Assembly (NCBI GenBank): GCA_963699545.1
Contig: CAVOUE010000001.1
Span: 1-48,748 of the forward strand
Direction: 5' to 3'
DNA: 48,748 nucleotides
From: Nitrospirota bacterium
Lineage (GTDB): Bacteria > Nitrospirota > Thermodesulfovibrionia > Thermodesulfovibrionales > UBA9159
The notes beneath the pieces were generated by a model. The model did no database searches, was not told the DNA's origin, and saw nothing but the letters and a program-made list of their open reading frames with translations. Position 1 is the stretch's first letter. Each line of letters starts with the position of its first letter. Made by a program: the position numbers and the translations under genes. Shown here piece by piece: positions 10,115 through 20,191 of this stretch.

Positions 10115-11619
10115 TTACGCATCGATGTCGTACTTTTTCAGCTTTCTCCACAACGTTGTGACGTCTAATCCGAGAAGGCGCGAAGCCTTGCTCTTGTTGC
10201 CGCGCACAAGACCAAGGACCTTCAGAATGTGTTCCCTTTCAATGCTTTCAAGGGCCCAGAATTTCCGTACGTCATTGTAGTGCGTGGCGATATCGATGGG
10301 AAGGTCCTTTTTCTGGATCTCATCAGTTTCAGTAATCACGACTGCCCTCTCTATCGTGTTCTCAAGTTCCCGTACGTTTCCTGGCCATGAATGGTTTATA
10401 AGGATATCTACTGCATCTTCCGAAATCCTTCTTATATTCTTCCCCATCTTACTTGAGTACTTATTTATAAAATATCTGATAAGCAAAGGGATATCCTCTA
10501 TCCTCTCCCTGAGTGGCGGAAGTTCAATTTTTATCACATTCAAGCGGTAATAGAGGTCTTCCCTGAAATCCTTTGCCTTGACGGCTGCTTCGAGATCCTG
10601 GTTTGTGGCGGCGATCATCCTCACATCAACCGTCAGAGGCTGTGTACTGCCGACTTTGAAGAAACGTCTTATCCTGCAGAACCCTTAACAGTTTTACCTG
10701 CAGGTTCTTGCTCATCGCCTCTACTTCATCGAGGAAGATGGTCCCGCCGTCTGCAGCCTCGAAAAGACCCTTCTTGTCGGTATATGCGCCGGTAAAGGCC
10801 CCTTTACGGTATCCAAAGAGTTCAGACTCTAACAGATTCTCCGGGATCGCCGCACAATTTACCGCAAAGAAGGGCTTGTCTCTTCTGATGCTGTTATAGT
10901 GTATTGCCCTGGCAATAAGTTCTTTGCCGGTGCCGCTTTCTCCGTAAATCAGGATGCTCGACGGGACGTCGGTCACTTTCCGTATCATGCTGAGAATCTC
11001 CAGCATCTTTGGACTGTTCGCAATTATGCCCTCAAAGGAGCAGTGTCGCAGATTCTCTTCGGCATTCCTTTTTGTATTCTCAAATAAGCGGGCGTTCTCT
11101 ATGGCAAGACTGATAGGGACGGTGGCTGCCCTTAATATATCCATAAGGTCAGCATCGGGAGTAAAAGGAGCAAAGGTAATGACACATAACACGCCGACAA
11201 CTTTCTCCTTTGACTTCAAAGGTAGACCCGCATAAAACTCTATTCCGGCCTTCTTTTGCGATTCGCGGGTAAACCGTGGGTCATCGGATGCCTTCTCAGG
11301 GATAATAATCTCTTTATTGCATTCTGCAATATTTCCGCACATGCATTCGCCAACCTTAACCTTGTTTTCGCAGATATCCTTCACGACGTCGTCAGAAAGA
11401 TTCTCGATAGGAGACCGGGATCATCTCGAGTGTCTCATCATTGATGACGAATATTACTCCTGAGTCGACCCCCATGAAGGTGACGATTTTCCCAAGAACA
11501 TCGTCAAGTATTGTTTTAAGATCAAGGGACTTGCCTACGGTGAGGGCGATATCGTAAAGGATGGAAAGTTTCTTGTTCTGTCTTTCCAGAGTCTCAGGTA
11601 AGGAAAGAAACTCATTCAC
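10115..11619 (-). CDS. GAF-domain sigma54-dependent Fis-family transcriptional activator (2 frameshifts)
   Basis: GAF in 11392..11619 and the start of 10626..11384; [23 protein letters not shown] and [24 protein letters not shown] and a Fis HTH in 10115..10624. Confidence 0.92.
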
Positions 11620-11638
11620 ATTTTTATTTTAACATCTT

Positions 11639-11654
11639 TGGCATTTTTTTTGCT
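11639..11654 (+). promoter_or_regulatory. Sigma54 -24/-12 promoter upstream of tusA
   Basis: TGGCATTTTTTTTGCT = GG-N10-GC, about 50 nt upstream of the tusA ATG. Spacing depends on a T homopolymer. Confidence 0.7.
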
Positions 11655-11705
11655 TTTACTTATGAAGGCGTATAGCAAAAGTCAATTAAGATACGGGAGG
11701 AACCT

Positions 11706-11960
11706 ATGGTTGCAATGAAAGCAGATGTGATTTTGGACGTCAAGGGGCTAACCTGTCCCATGCCGGTGTTGAAAACGAAGAAGGCGATCGACGTGATGGA
11801 CTCGGGCCAGACCCTTGAGGTAATAGCCACGGACCCAGCGTCAAGAGCTGATATCCCGGCTTTTCTGGACAGATTAGGGCATGAGCTTGTCGAGGCAGAT
11901 GAAGAGGAGGGGATATTCTCTTTCTTAATAAAGAAGAACGGGGATGTCCCGAGAACTTAG
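11706..11960 (+). CDS. tusA: TusA-family sulfur carrier
   Basis: LDVKGLTCPMPVLKTKKA (CPxP motif) and ATDPAS..DIP; GGGAGG RBS. Confidence 0.92.
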   Translation: MVAMKADVILDVKGLTCPMPVLKTKKAIDVMDSGQTLEVIATDPASRADIPAFLDRLGHELVEADEEEGIFSFLIKKNGDVPRT

Positions 11961-11997
11961 GACAATACTTTTCAAGCATACCAACACGCGTTGACAG

Positions 11998-12615
11998 ATG
12001 ATACAGGTATCGAGACCATGTGCGGACATTGCATCTCTCCTTAAAGAATCGGTGAGGGTTCACGGACATCTCTGTCCCGGACAGGTGCTTGGAGTAAGGA
12101 TGTCCATACTCGGGCTCCGTGAGATCGGGATTGCCGACCCGATGGGGAAAGACAGAAAAAGCATTATCGTCTTTGTCGAAATGGACCGGTGCGCGACCGA
12201 TGCTGTCCAGTCTGTAACTGGTTGCAGCCTTGGACACAGGACCATGAAATTCATGGACTACGGGAAAATGGCGGTAACATTCGTGAACCTGAAGACAGGC
12301 AGGGCAGTAAGGGTCATTGCAAAAGAGGAGTCGCGGCAGAAGGCAAAGGGATATTTCCCGGAGATCGAGAATACGTATGAGGCCCAGCTTGAGGCATACA
12401 AGATCATGCCGGATGACGATCTCTTTGATGTGATGGAAGTGCATGTAAAAATAAATCCCGAAGACATGCCGGGAAGACCTCTGCGAAGGACTAAATGCGA
12501 TTCCTGCGGTGAATACGTTCAGGACTTGCGGGAGGTTTACAGGGACGGGAAGGTCTTGTGCAGACCTTGTGCTCATTCAGGATATTATGAACATCCCGGG
12601 CAGGATATTTTTTGA
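11998..12615 (+). CDS. FmdE-family protein with C-terminal C4 zinc finger
   Basis: HGHLCPGQVLG, EMDRCATDAVQSVTGCSLG and CDSCGE..CRPC. Confidence 0.9.
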   Translation: MIQVSRPCADIASLLKESVRVHGHLCPGQVLGVRMSILGLREIGIADPMGKDRKSIIVFVEMDRCATDAVQSVTGCSLGHRTMKFMDYGKMAVTFVNLKTGRAVRVIAKEESRQKAKGYFPEIENTYEAQLEAYKIMPDDDLFDVMEVHVKINPEDMPGRPLRRTKCDSCGEYVQDLREVYRDGKVLCRPCAHSGYYEHPGQDIF

Positions 12616-12619
12616 TATG

Positions 12620-12642
12620 CGTTATGCAGATATTCCATAACG
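12620..12642. promoter_or_regulatory. ModE-type operator palindrome
   Basis: CGTTATG-N9-CATAACG, 14 nt upstream of the modE start; resembles the ModE consensus CGnTAT...ATAnCG. Confidence 0.65.
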
Positions 12643-12656
12643 GATGAATTATAGAT

Positions 12657-12974
12657 ATGGAGATTAAATCAAAGCTTTGGATCGAAGTTGACGGTAAGCC
12701 CGTGTTCGGTAGGGGCAGAAGATTTCTGTTTGAGGCAATAGACAAATACGGCTCGATAAATCAGGCGGCGAAGGAGATAAATATCTCTTACAGAAAGGCC
12801 TGGGGATATATAAAGGCAATGGAGGAAAGGCTTGGGTTCAAGCTCATCGAACGACAGACAGGCGGCAGAAACGGCGGCGGCGCAAGCCTTACCGAAGGCG
12901 CAAGAGAATTTCTGAAAAAGTATGAGGCGCTGGAACATGGTATAAGAGAAATAGTTGATAACAAATTCAGATGA
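12657..12974 (+). CDS. modE: ModE-family winged-helix regulator (no TOBE domain)
   Basis: FGRGR..LFEAIDKYGSINQAAKEINISYRKAW..ERQTGGRNGGGASLT. Confidence 0.88.
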   Translation: MEIKSKLWIEVDGKPVFGRGRRFLFEAIDKYGSINQAAKEINISYRKAWGYIKAMEERLGFKLIERQTGGRNGGGASLTEGAREFLKKYEALEHGIREIVDNKFR

Positions 12975-13014
12975 TATATTCAAGGCGAATGATCTATAGA
13001 GGAGGTTTCTATGT

Positions 13015-14070
13015 GTGAGATCACCCCATGAAAACCCCGTCCCCGGAGTAAAGAAGTTAGCGGTGAAGGAGGCCGTCGGTACGGTCCTTGCCCATGACAT
13101 TACAGAGATACGGCCGGGAGAGTTCAAGGGACGCGCCTTCAAGAAAGGTCATATTATTCGTGAAGAAGATGTCTGTCATCTTCAGAGGCTTGGCAAGGAA
13201 CATCTCTTTGTGCTGAATATCGCAGAGGATGAGATGCACGAAGACGACGCGGCCTATGCCCTCGCGAATGCCCTCATGGGTGAGGGTGTCAGGATAAAGG
13301 GCGAGCCGAGGGAAGGGAAGATCAGCATCATCGCCGAGAAAGACGGACTCCTCAAAATAGATAAAGACGCACTTCTTGCATTCAACATGCTCGGCGAGGT
13401 CATGTGCGCAACGCTCCATAACAATACGTAGTGAAAAAGGGTCAGACAGTCGCAGGCACAAGGGCTATTCCGTTGATGGTAAGAAAGGACATTGTGCGGG
13501 TAGCGGTGCAGATCGGTGAACAGGGCAGGCAACGTTATTCAGGTGAGGGAAATTAGAAAGCCGAGGGCAGGCGTGGTCATCACCGGGAACGAAGTATATT
13601 ACGGCAGAATAAAGGACGCCTTTGCACCAATCATAACGAACAAGATAGAGGCAGTCGGCGGTGAAATCGTCGGCATCTACTATGCTCCTGATGACGAGTC
13701 ATTCATCGAGGCGAGGCTCAGAGAGCTGGTCAATGCCGGCGCTGACCTGCTCATCACAACAGGCGGCATGTCCGTTGACCCTGATGATGTCACGCGGTTC
13801 GCCATAAGAAATCTCGGAGCAACCGAAATCACATACGGCTCGGCAGTCCTTCCGGGAGCGATGTTTCTGGTGGCCTATCTCGGAGCAATCCCCATCCTGG
13901 GCATCCCGGCCTGCGGCATGTATGCAAAGACTACTATCTTTGACGTGATCCTTCCGAGGGTCCTTGCCAAGGAGAACATCGGGAGAAGAGAGCTGGCGGA
14001 ACTCGGGCATGGAGGACTTTGCTTAAAGTGCGAGACGTGCAATTATCCGGCCTGCCCGTTTGGGAAGTAA
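13015..14070 (+). CDS. MoeA-like molybdopterin-binding protein (frameshifted 13430-13515)
   Basis: AVGTVLAHDITEIRPGEFKG, ITGNEVYYGRIKD, TGGMSVDPDD, LPGAMF, GIPAC and GHGGLCLKC..C..CPFGK. Confidence 0.88.
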
Positions 14071-14181
14071 GAACTTAAATACTCTTAACAAAGAGCTAAC
14101 CGTCATGATCCGGTGGAAAAATGTGCGTCCCTTCTGCTACAATACCATAGTTTCTAAACATCTAATATGTGAGGTTTGAAT

Positions 14182-14361
14182 ATGGGTTTGATGAAAAGTG
14201 TTATGAATTTCTTTTCAACTGAAGAGGAGAAGCAGCCAGTGCAGGACCTGGGAAGGAATGCGACGTGCTGGTGCGGAAGCGGCAGAAAATACAAGAACTG
14301 CCATCTTCGCGAGGATGAAAAGAAGCTGAAGAACTACGCGGCAAACTGCGTAAATCGCTGA
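14182..14361 (+). CDS. Small SEC-C motif protein
   Basis: LGRNATCWCGSGRKYKNCH. Confidence 0.8.
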   Translation: MGLMKSVMNFFSTEEEKQPVQDLGRNATCWCGSGRKYKNCHLREDEKKLKNYAANCVNR

Positions 14362-14427
14362 AGCACCCGCTGAGCTGAGTTCAGCTCACAGGCGTTTCAT
14401 TGCAAAGGCCTTATAAAAAATTACCTC

Positions 14428-15556
14428 TCAGAAAGCCCTGTACCCGCTCCTTGATTGCAAGGTGGTCCGGGGAATGTTCGGCACATCCCTGTTCCCGGGA
14501 ATGGCCAGCACATGAATGAACCTCATACCGTCATGGGAATGTTTCAGGCTATTCACCAGGTCCTTTTTCCTGCTCACCTTATACGTATCCCGTATCCCGA
14601 ACCCCTTTGCCAGGGATTCCAGGTCCACACAGGAACCGGTGAGCGTAGGCTGGTCCCCCGTTGAACCGTAAGAGGCGTTGTCTATGCCGATAATCGTAAG
14701 GTTCTTCGGCGAGCGAGATGCAGCGGTAGCAAGGGTCCCCGGATTCATGAGGATGCTTCCGTCACCATCGATCACCACAACTTCCTTATCCGAGGTGAGC
14801 GCAATTCCAAGCCCTATGGGCGTCACCATGCCCATGCTCCCAGCATGTAAAAATTGGAGGGCTGGTCTTTTAAGAAATACAGCTCCTTTGACGGGATTCC
14901 CAGATTGCAGACCACCACCTTTGAATTAGATCCGGCGCAATAGTACTCAGTATCTCAAAACGGGTAAGTCTGGGAGAAGATACCCTCTGCACAATGCCCC
15001 GTTCATAATCAGCTCCTGCTTCCTTCTTATGACTCCTCACTTCCGGCTTCTCATTCCTCACCCCTGAATCCTCCCACAGGGCCGGACTGAGAAGGAATGC
15101 ATGGAGGGTATTCTTCCTGTATACAGCCTCAAGTCTCTGGCCGATGCCCTCAAGATCATCTCTTGTGGCAACAGGGGAATGGGGTATACCCGCGGCCTTC
15201 AGAACACCCGGGAGCCTCTTTCCCATGGGCAATTGTGCCTCGATCTCTTCTTTATAGATCCCCCTCCAGCTCACAAAAATGGCCAGGGGCAACTGGTAGA
15301 ACCCTGTGAGAGACAGAAGAGCATTGATCATGTTCCCGATACCTGAACTCTGGACAAACATGGCAGGCTTCTTCCCTGAAAGCGCAGCCCCTGCGCTGAT
15401 GCCCACACCCTCCTCCTCCCTTGTGAGCGGCAGATGAAAGAACTCTTCACCCACACGCCGGAGAAGACCTTTAATCTTTTCGCAGGGAAGGGACGAGGTG
15501 AAATCAACCTTCGCCTTCCTGAAGATTGCAATCAGTTCTTCTTCAGGGCCTCGCAT
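14428..15556 (-). CDS. comDE: Fused sulfopyruvate decarboxylase ComD-ComE (ThDP-dependent; frameshifts near 14925 and 14845)
   Basis: ComD motifs SLPCEKIK, LTREEEGVGISAGA, VQSSGIGNMINAL and EAQLPMG. The same frame runs into the ComE start (TRFEIL); shifted frames give VCNLGIPSKEL..NFYMLG-SMG and IDGDGSILMN..DN. Confidence 0.88.
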
Positions 15557-16788
15557 AATAATTCCTCAATCTCCCGCTCGGTAACCCTCTTTGAGACAAA
15601 ACAAGGCTCCACCTCATAGGTTTTCTTATGTCTTAATAACCTCTTTTCCCCACCGCCGGTGACATTCAATAGGACAGTATCCCTCCCTTGTACTGTCCCT
15701 GTGCTCACTGCCTCCATGAGGGTGGCAACCGCCACACCCGCCGCAGGCACGATATCTATGCCTTCGCTCTTTTCAAACGTATCCATTGCGCCAAAGACTG
15801 ATTCATTCCTGATGCCGTACATCCTCCCCCCTGTTGCCTTGAGCCCGTCGTAGACACCTCCCCTGATGGAGTATGCCGGGTAACGGGTGGAGAGCACTCT
15901 GGTGGTGATCTCGCCTATCAGCTCTGGCCTCAGGTCTTCGGGGAATAGGTTCCTGCTGTCCTTCTCCCATGCCTTGAGCATGGGGGCAAAGGGAAGGTTC
16001 TGTGCAAGGTGGAGGACCGGTAACCGGGATCCAAATCTTCCGTCCTTAAGGAACCTTTCCGCCATCTCCCACACCCCTATGGCGCCGGCACCGCTTCCCA
16101 CTGCCTGAAAATAGTGCTCAGGGAGCCGTCCCATGGCCAAGACCGCTTCCAGCAATACCACGCCGAGGCCGTCTCTCTTTGCGATATTTTTCACCCCGCC
16201 CTCAAAAGGGAACCCCATGGTAAGGGCAACCCTCTTTGCCACATCAATGGCGTCTGCATAATCACCGTCTCCTACCACCAGGGTCGGAATTTTCGGTGTA
16301 CGTTCGAGATACCACATTTCGGTGAGGCACATCCTCGGCACTACGATGATTGCAGGGAACCCTGTGAGCGCAGACAGGTGGGAAAATGCCCGTGCAGTAT
16401 TTCCGGCAGAGGCCACGGTCAATCCGTCCAGATTATTCTCCATGGCGTTCTGGAGCACCACCGCTGCCTCGAACTCCTTGAAGGTACAGGTATCGAGGGA
16501 CCCACCCCTTTCAGGCCAGTACCCGTTGAAGGCTATATAAAGGTTCTCAAGGCCGAGGCGCTCCGAAAGGCCCTCTGATCTGTATACCACAGGGCCTGAT
16601 TGATCAAAGTGCGGTGTGTGTACCGGGAGCCAGTTAAACCTCCATATGCCCTTTCCTGCATCGTCCCTGAAACCCTTTTCCTGGTACTCTGTGACGAGGA
16701 GCGCGTCCCTGCAGTGCTCGCAAAAGGCGCAGAAGGTCTCTTTCAGCTCTCTCCCGCACTCTGTGCATCTGAGGGTAAAATGGCTCAT
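15532..16788 (-). CDS. Cysteate synthase (PLP-dependent, threonine synthase-like)
   Basis: N-terminal CxxC..CxxC, YIAFNGYWPERG, TCTFKEFEA, ASAGNTARAF, EGGVKNIAKRDGLG, YFQAVGSG, QNLPFAPM, YPAYSIRGG and LLNVTGGG; adjacent to comDE as in Methanosarcina. Confidence 0.9.
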   Translation of the reverse strand: MSHFTLRCTECGRELKETFCAFCEHCRDALLVTEYQEKGFRDDAGKGIWRFNWLPVHTPHFDQSGPVVYRSEGLSERLGLENLYIAFNGYWPERGGSLDTCTFKEFEAAVVLQNAMENNLDGLTVASAGNTARAFSHLSALTGFPAIIVVPRMCLTEMWYLERTPKIPTLVVGDGDYADAIDVAKRVALTMGFPFEGGVKNIAKRDGLGVVLLEAVLAMGRLPEHYFQAVGSGAGAIGVWEMAERFLKDGRFGSRLPVLHLAQNLPFAPMLKAWEKDSRNLFPEDLRPELIGEITTRVLSTRYPAYSIRGGVYDGLKATGGRMYGIRNESVFGAMDTFEKSEGIDIVPAAGVAVATLMEAVSTGTVQGRDTVLLNVTGGGEKRLLRHKKTYEVEPCFVSKRVTEREIEELLCEALKKN

Positions 16789-17990
16789 GCAATGAGACCT
16801 GATATAAGCTCCATGATGTCTGTGATCTTCACCTGTTTCTCATACCCCTCCATGGCCTCATTTACCTTAGCATAGCATGCAGGACAGCTTAATATAAGCC
16901 TGTCCGCCTTTTTTTCCACGGCCTCGTCAATGGAGAGCCTTCCCATGGCTATGGAGTTCTCGTGGAAGACTTTCCTCGCTGCGCCCCCTGCACCGCAACA
17001 CCTCGAGTTCAGGCCGTGTCTCTCGAACTCCAGGAGCTCAACCCCGGGAATACTTCTCAGAACACTCCGGGGTTCTTCAATCACTCCCACCCCCCTGCTC
17101 AAATAACATGGGTCGTGGTATATGAGCCTCTCACAAAGCTCCTTCCTGATTATGAGGGTGCCCTTCTGCAACGAGTCAGAAACAAACTGGGTGATATGCC
17201 GTACTGCAAAGGGGAGCTCGCTCCCGTACAGGAGGGGCCAGTCCCGGGCCATGATATTGACGCAACAGGGACAGGAGCACAGGAGCAGCTTCACACCCTT
17301 TGCCCTGTATCCGTCCACCAGCCGCCTTGTCAGGTCCTTAAGCATTTCGTGCTGTCCGGTGATGAAGAGCGGAAACCCGCAGCACACCTCTTCCTCAGGC
17401 GGGAGCATGGCAAACGGCTCCCCGATGGCACCCAGGACGAGGACGTCTCCCCTCACCATGGGCTGCGCTTCATATGCGCCGGTACACCCCGCATAGTACG
17501 CGATGTCCGCCCTTTCGGCAATCCTCACCTTTTCAGGGAACCATGGAGCATATCTCTCCAGCGGGGGCTTCTCATAAGGGTTCCCTGTCTCTGCGATGGC
17601 CTTGGGGAGGTCTGCCTGCGAACCGATAGGTCCGAGCCCTCTCCTCACCATCTCCTTCCTCAATGCCGGCCAAAGCCTCTGAGTAAAGATGCCCACAGAG
17701 CAGCTCTCCCCGCATCCTCCGCATGTGGTGCATTCATAGATCGCCTTCACAAAATGCTCCGTGAGTTTCTCATCAACTTTTCCAGGTCCAAAGAGCCTTG
17801 CCTTCAGTCCATGGCTGGCCTTTATGAATTCCCTGAACATGCGGATTTTCTCAGGAGGAGATATGGTGGGGTTTCCGGTCACATCCTGGACCGGACAATG
17901 CTTCAAACATTCGCCGCACTGCGTGCATGCGTCCAGTTCCATGAACTGCATGGGGGTCAGCTGGTTTGTGAAAGGGTTTTCCTTCCTCAT
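16785..17990 (-). CDS. HdrD/GlpC-like (Fe-S)-binding protein with two CCG domains
   Basis: CTQCGECLKHCP, CTTCGGCGESC, EVCCGFP..SCPCC and YHDPCYL..RCCGAGG..SCPAC. ATGA overlap with cysteate synthase. Confidence 0.9.
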   Translation of the reverse strand: MRKENPFTNQLTPMQFMELDACTQCGECLKHCPVQDVTGNPTISPPEKIRMFREFIKASHGLKARLFGPGKVDEKLTEHFVKAIYECTTCGGCGESCSVGIFTQRLWPALRKEMVRRGLGPIGSQADLPKAIAETGNPYEKPPLERYAPWFPEKVRIAERADIAYYAGCTGAYEAQPMVRGDVLVLGAIGEPFAMLPPEEEVCCGFPLFITGQHEMLKDLTRRLVDGYRAKGVKLLLCSCPCCVNIMARDWPLLYGSELPFAVRHITQFVSDSLQKGTLIIRKELCERLIYHDPCYLSRGVGVIEEPRSVLRSIPGVELLEFERHGLNSRCCGAGGAARKVFHENSIAMGRLSIDEAVEKKADRLILSCPACYAKVNEAMEGYEKQVKITDIMELISGLIA

Positions 17991-18129
17991 TCCCTTTTGT
18001 ACCGGAGAAACAGGATTCCTCCCGTTCGGAGGTCAGTATTTTCCGGCTTCCACTATGTTAAAATAGCAAGTATACCCTTGTAAATGATATCAATATGAGA
18101 CTGGGCATAGGCACCCATCACGTGTAATC

Positions 18130-18963
18130 ATGATAGACATACCTGTGGTCAATTATCCGAAACCTTGGCTTCTGTTCTGGGTTGCAGATGCGTTGGCCGT
18201 GGGTTATTTTTATTACGCCCTGTACCGTAAATGGCAGGGCTGGTCCAGGGGAATAAAGCGGGTGCCGAAGGAAAAGATTCCATGGAGCCGGGTGTTTAGG
18301 ATCTGGCTCTCCGAGGTCCTGGGACAGCGGCAATTGTGGGGGCTTTCCCCTTTCCGCTGGGTTACCCACCTTTTCATCTTCTGGGGTTTCATCGCCCTTT
18401 CGCTGCTTTCCCTGTCCTCCTTTATCCTCAAACGCCTGGGCGATTTCGGCATAGACAGCGGCCTCGCACATTTTTTTTCCCGGGAAGAAGGATACCTTTG
18501 TATCAAGCTTTGGGGTGACGGCTTTGGAGTGCTCCTTCTCATGGGATTGCTGATTGCAGGAGTAAGACGATTTTTCATCCGCCCACCACAACAGAGCAAC
18601 AACCAGATGGACCTGTTCCTGATATTCTTCCTCTTCTGGCTCACCCTCTCGGGCTTCATCCTCGAAGGAATACGTCTTTCACTGATACCCCATGAAATAG
18701 CCCGCTATTCATTTTTTGGGCAACTGTTCATGCCAGGAGGCATCCCTTCCCCTAAAGAGGTGTATCCCTGGCTCACCGCCTGGTGGGTGCTGCACGCGTT
18801 CAGCTGGATTGCCTTCTTGGTATACTTGCCTCACAGCAAGCTGATGCATAGCATCCTTGCCCCTCTGGTCATCGCAATGAATGCAGTTGAGGAGCACGAA
18901 AGGGAGGACATCTATTGGCCCGACATCTCAAAACACAGGGCGACAAAATCGCCCAGGGACTGA
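18130..18963 (+). CDS. NarI/HdrE-like membrane cytochrome b anchor
   Basis: Multiple TM helices; RWVTHLFIFWGF, LTLSGFILEG and LHAFSW..YLPHSKLMH. Confidence 0.85.
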   Translation: MIDIPVVNYPKPWLLFWVADALAVGYFYYALYRKWQGWSRGIKRVPKEKIPWSRVFRIWLSEVLGQRQLWGLSPFRWVTHLFIFWGFIALSLLSLSSFILKRLGDFGIDSGLAHFFSREEGYLCIKLWGDGFGVLLLMGLLIAGVRRFFIRPPQQSNNQMDLFLIFFLFWLTLSGFILEGIRLSLIPHEIARYSFFGQLFMPGGIPSPKEVYPWLTAWWVLHAFSWIAFLVYLPHSKLMHSILAPLVIAMNAVEEHEREDIYWPDISKHRATKSPRD

Positions 18964-20177
18964 CCCGCAGACAACTCATTGAACTGGAGTCCTGCGCGCG
19001 GTGCGGTGACTGCCAGGTCTGGTGTCCTGTCTATGCCCAGGATCCCCGTGAATGCATCACTGCCCGGGGCAAGATGAGCGACCTGCGCCGTCTCGTGAAC
19101 AGTGGCCTGTCTGATCCTGAGAAACAGGACTTCCTCCAGTCCCTTTATGAATGTTCAGCCTGCGGTCAGTGCCACGTAGTCTGCCCGGTACGTATCAATA
19201 CCCCTGAACTCTGGGAACAGGCACGCCATTCCCTGGTCAGCGCAGGAATACCCCAGCCGGAAAGCCAGATGAAACAGCTCGCCACGATAAAGGAATTTAA
19301 CAATTCCTATGGCAAACCCCAGCAGGAGCGGGACGTGTGGGCCAGACTCGCATGGGAATCGGGCCTTCTCTTGAGGCCGCTCACGGTCTGGCAGGAGCGG
19401 ACCGCCCCTGTCCTCTATTTTGTGGGCTGTACCGCGAGCTTCGATCCCGAAACACAGTTCGTTGCGGTCCAGTCCGCACGTTTGTTGCAGGAGGCCGGGG
19501 TGGAATTCTCGATACTGGGAAAAGACGAGCCCTGCTGTGTGAGCAAGTTAAGGCGTATGGGAGACCTGGATTTCAGCGCTGAAGCGCAGAAACGCATGGT
19601 CCAGATTACCGCACTGGGAGCCGGGAAAGTGGTCGCTTCCTGCGCCGGTTGTTTTAAGGGACTGCACTCAGACTATCCAAAACTCCGGCCTGAATTCCGG
19701 CCTGTCCTGCATCTTACCCAATTCTTGGATGAACTCATCACAGAAGGCCGTCTGCGTTTAGCACATGAGGTGCCGATGGTAGTTACCTATCACGACCCGT
19801 GCCATCTGGGCCGCCACACTCAGGTGTACGATGAGCCGCGCCGTATTTTACAGTCTGTTCCTGGGCTGAAGCTGGTGGAGATGCCGCGCCACCGGGCCTT
19901 TTCCTCCTGCTGCGGCATGGGCGGAGGCCTGAAAATGGCCAATCCGGAGATCCAGCGTAAAATGGCTGCTGACCGGATTCGCGAGGCCGAATCCACAGGT
20001 GCTGAGGCAATTGTCACCCCGTGCCAGACCTGCTATCTCGGTCTGCTCCATGGCATTGAGGAGGCGGGCTCCTCAATGCGCGCCTATCACCTGAATGAGA
20101 TCCTTGCCCTTTCTGTCTGCCCTGAGGTCACCCGCGAAGAGGTAATAGGAACCTTTGCCAGGGCAGTCCCCCGGTAA
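18915..20177 (+). CDS. HdrD/GlpC-like (Fe-S)-binding protein
   Basis: CARCGDCQVWCP, CSACGQCHVVCP, EPCCVS..SCAGC and YHDPCHL..SCCGMGG..PCQTC. Confidence 0.9.
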   Translation: MARHLKTQGDKIAQGLTRRQLIELESCARCGDCQVWCPVYAQDPRECITARGKMSDLRRLVNSGLSDPEKQDFLQSLYECSACGQCHVVCPVRINTPELWEQARHSLVSAGIPQPESQMKQLATIKEFNNSYGKPQQERDVWARLAWESGLLLRPLTVWQERTAPVLYFVGCTASFDPETQFVAVQSARLLQEAGVEFSILGKDEPCCVSKLRRMGDLDFSAEAQKRMVQITALGAGKVVASCAGCFKGLHSDYPKLRPEFRPVLHLTQFLDELITEGRLRLAHEVPMVVTYHDPCHLGRHTQVYDEPRRILQSVPGLKLVEMPRHRAFSSCCGMGGGLKMANPEIQRKMAADRIREAESTGAEAIVTPCQTCYLGLLHGIEEAGSSMRAYHLNEILALSVCPEVTREEVIGTFARAVPR

Positions 20178-20191
20178 TTTTGCCAGGCTGT

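Noticed and set aside
15532-16788. Ordinary threonine synthase; phosphonopyruvate decarboxylase for the neighbouring gene
   Set aside because: The FNGYWPE, TCTFKEFEA and EGG..N.A.RDG motifs and the comDE adjacency fit cysteate synthase, and no PEP mutase is present.
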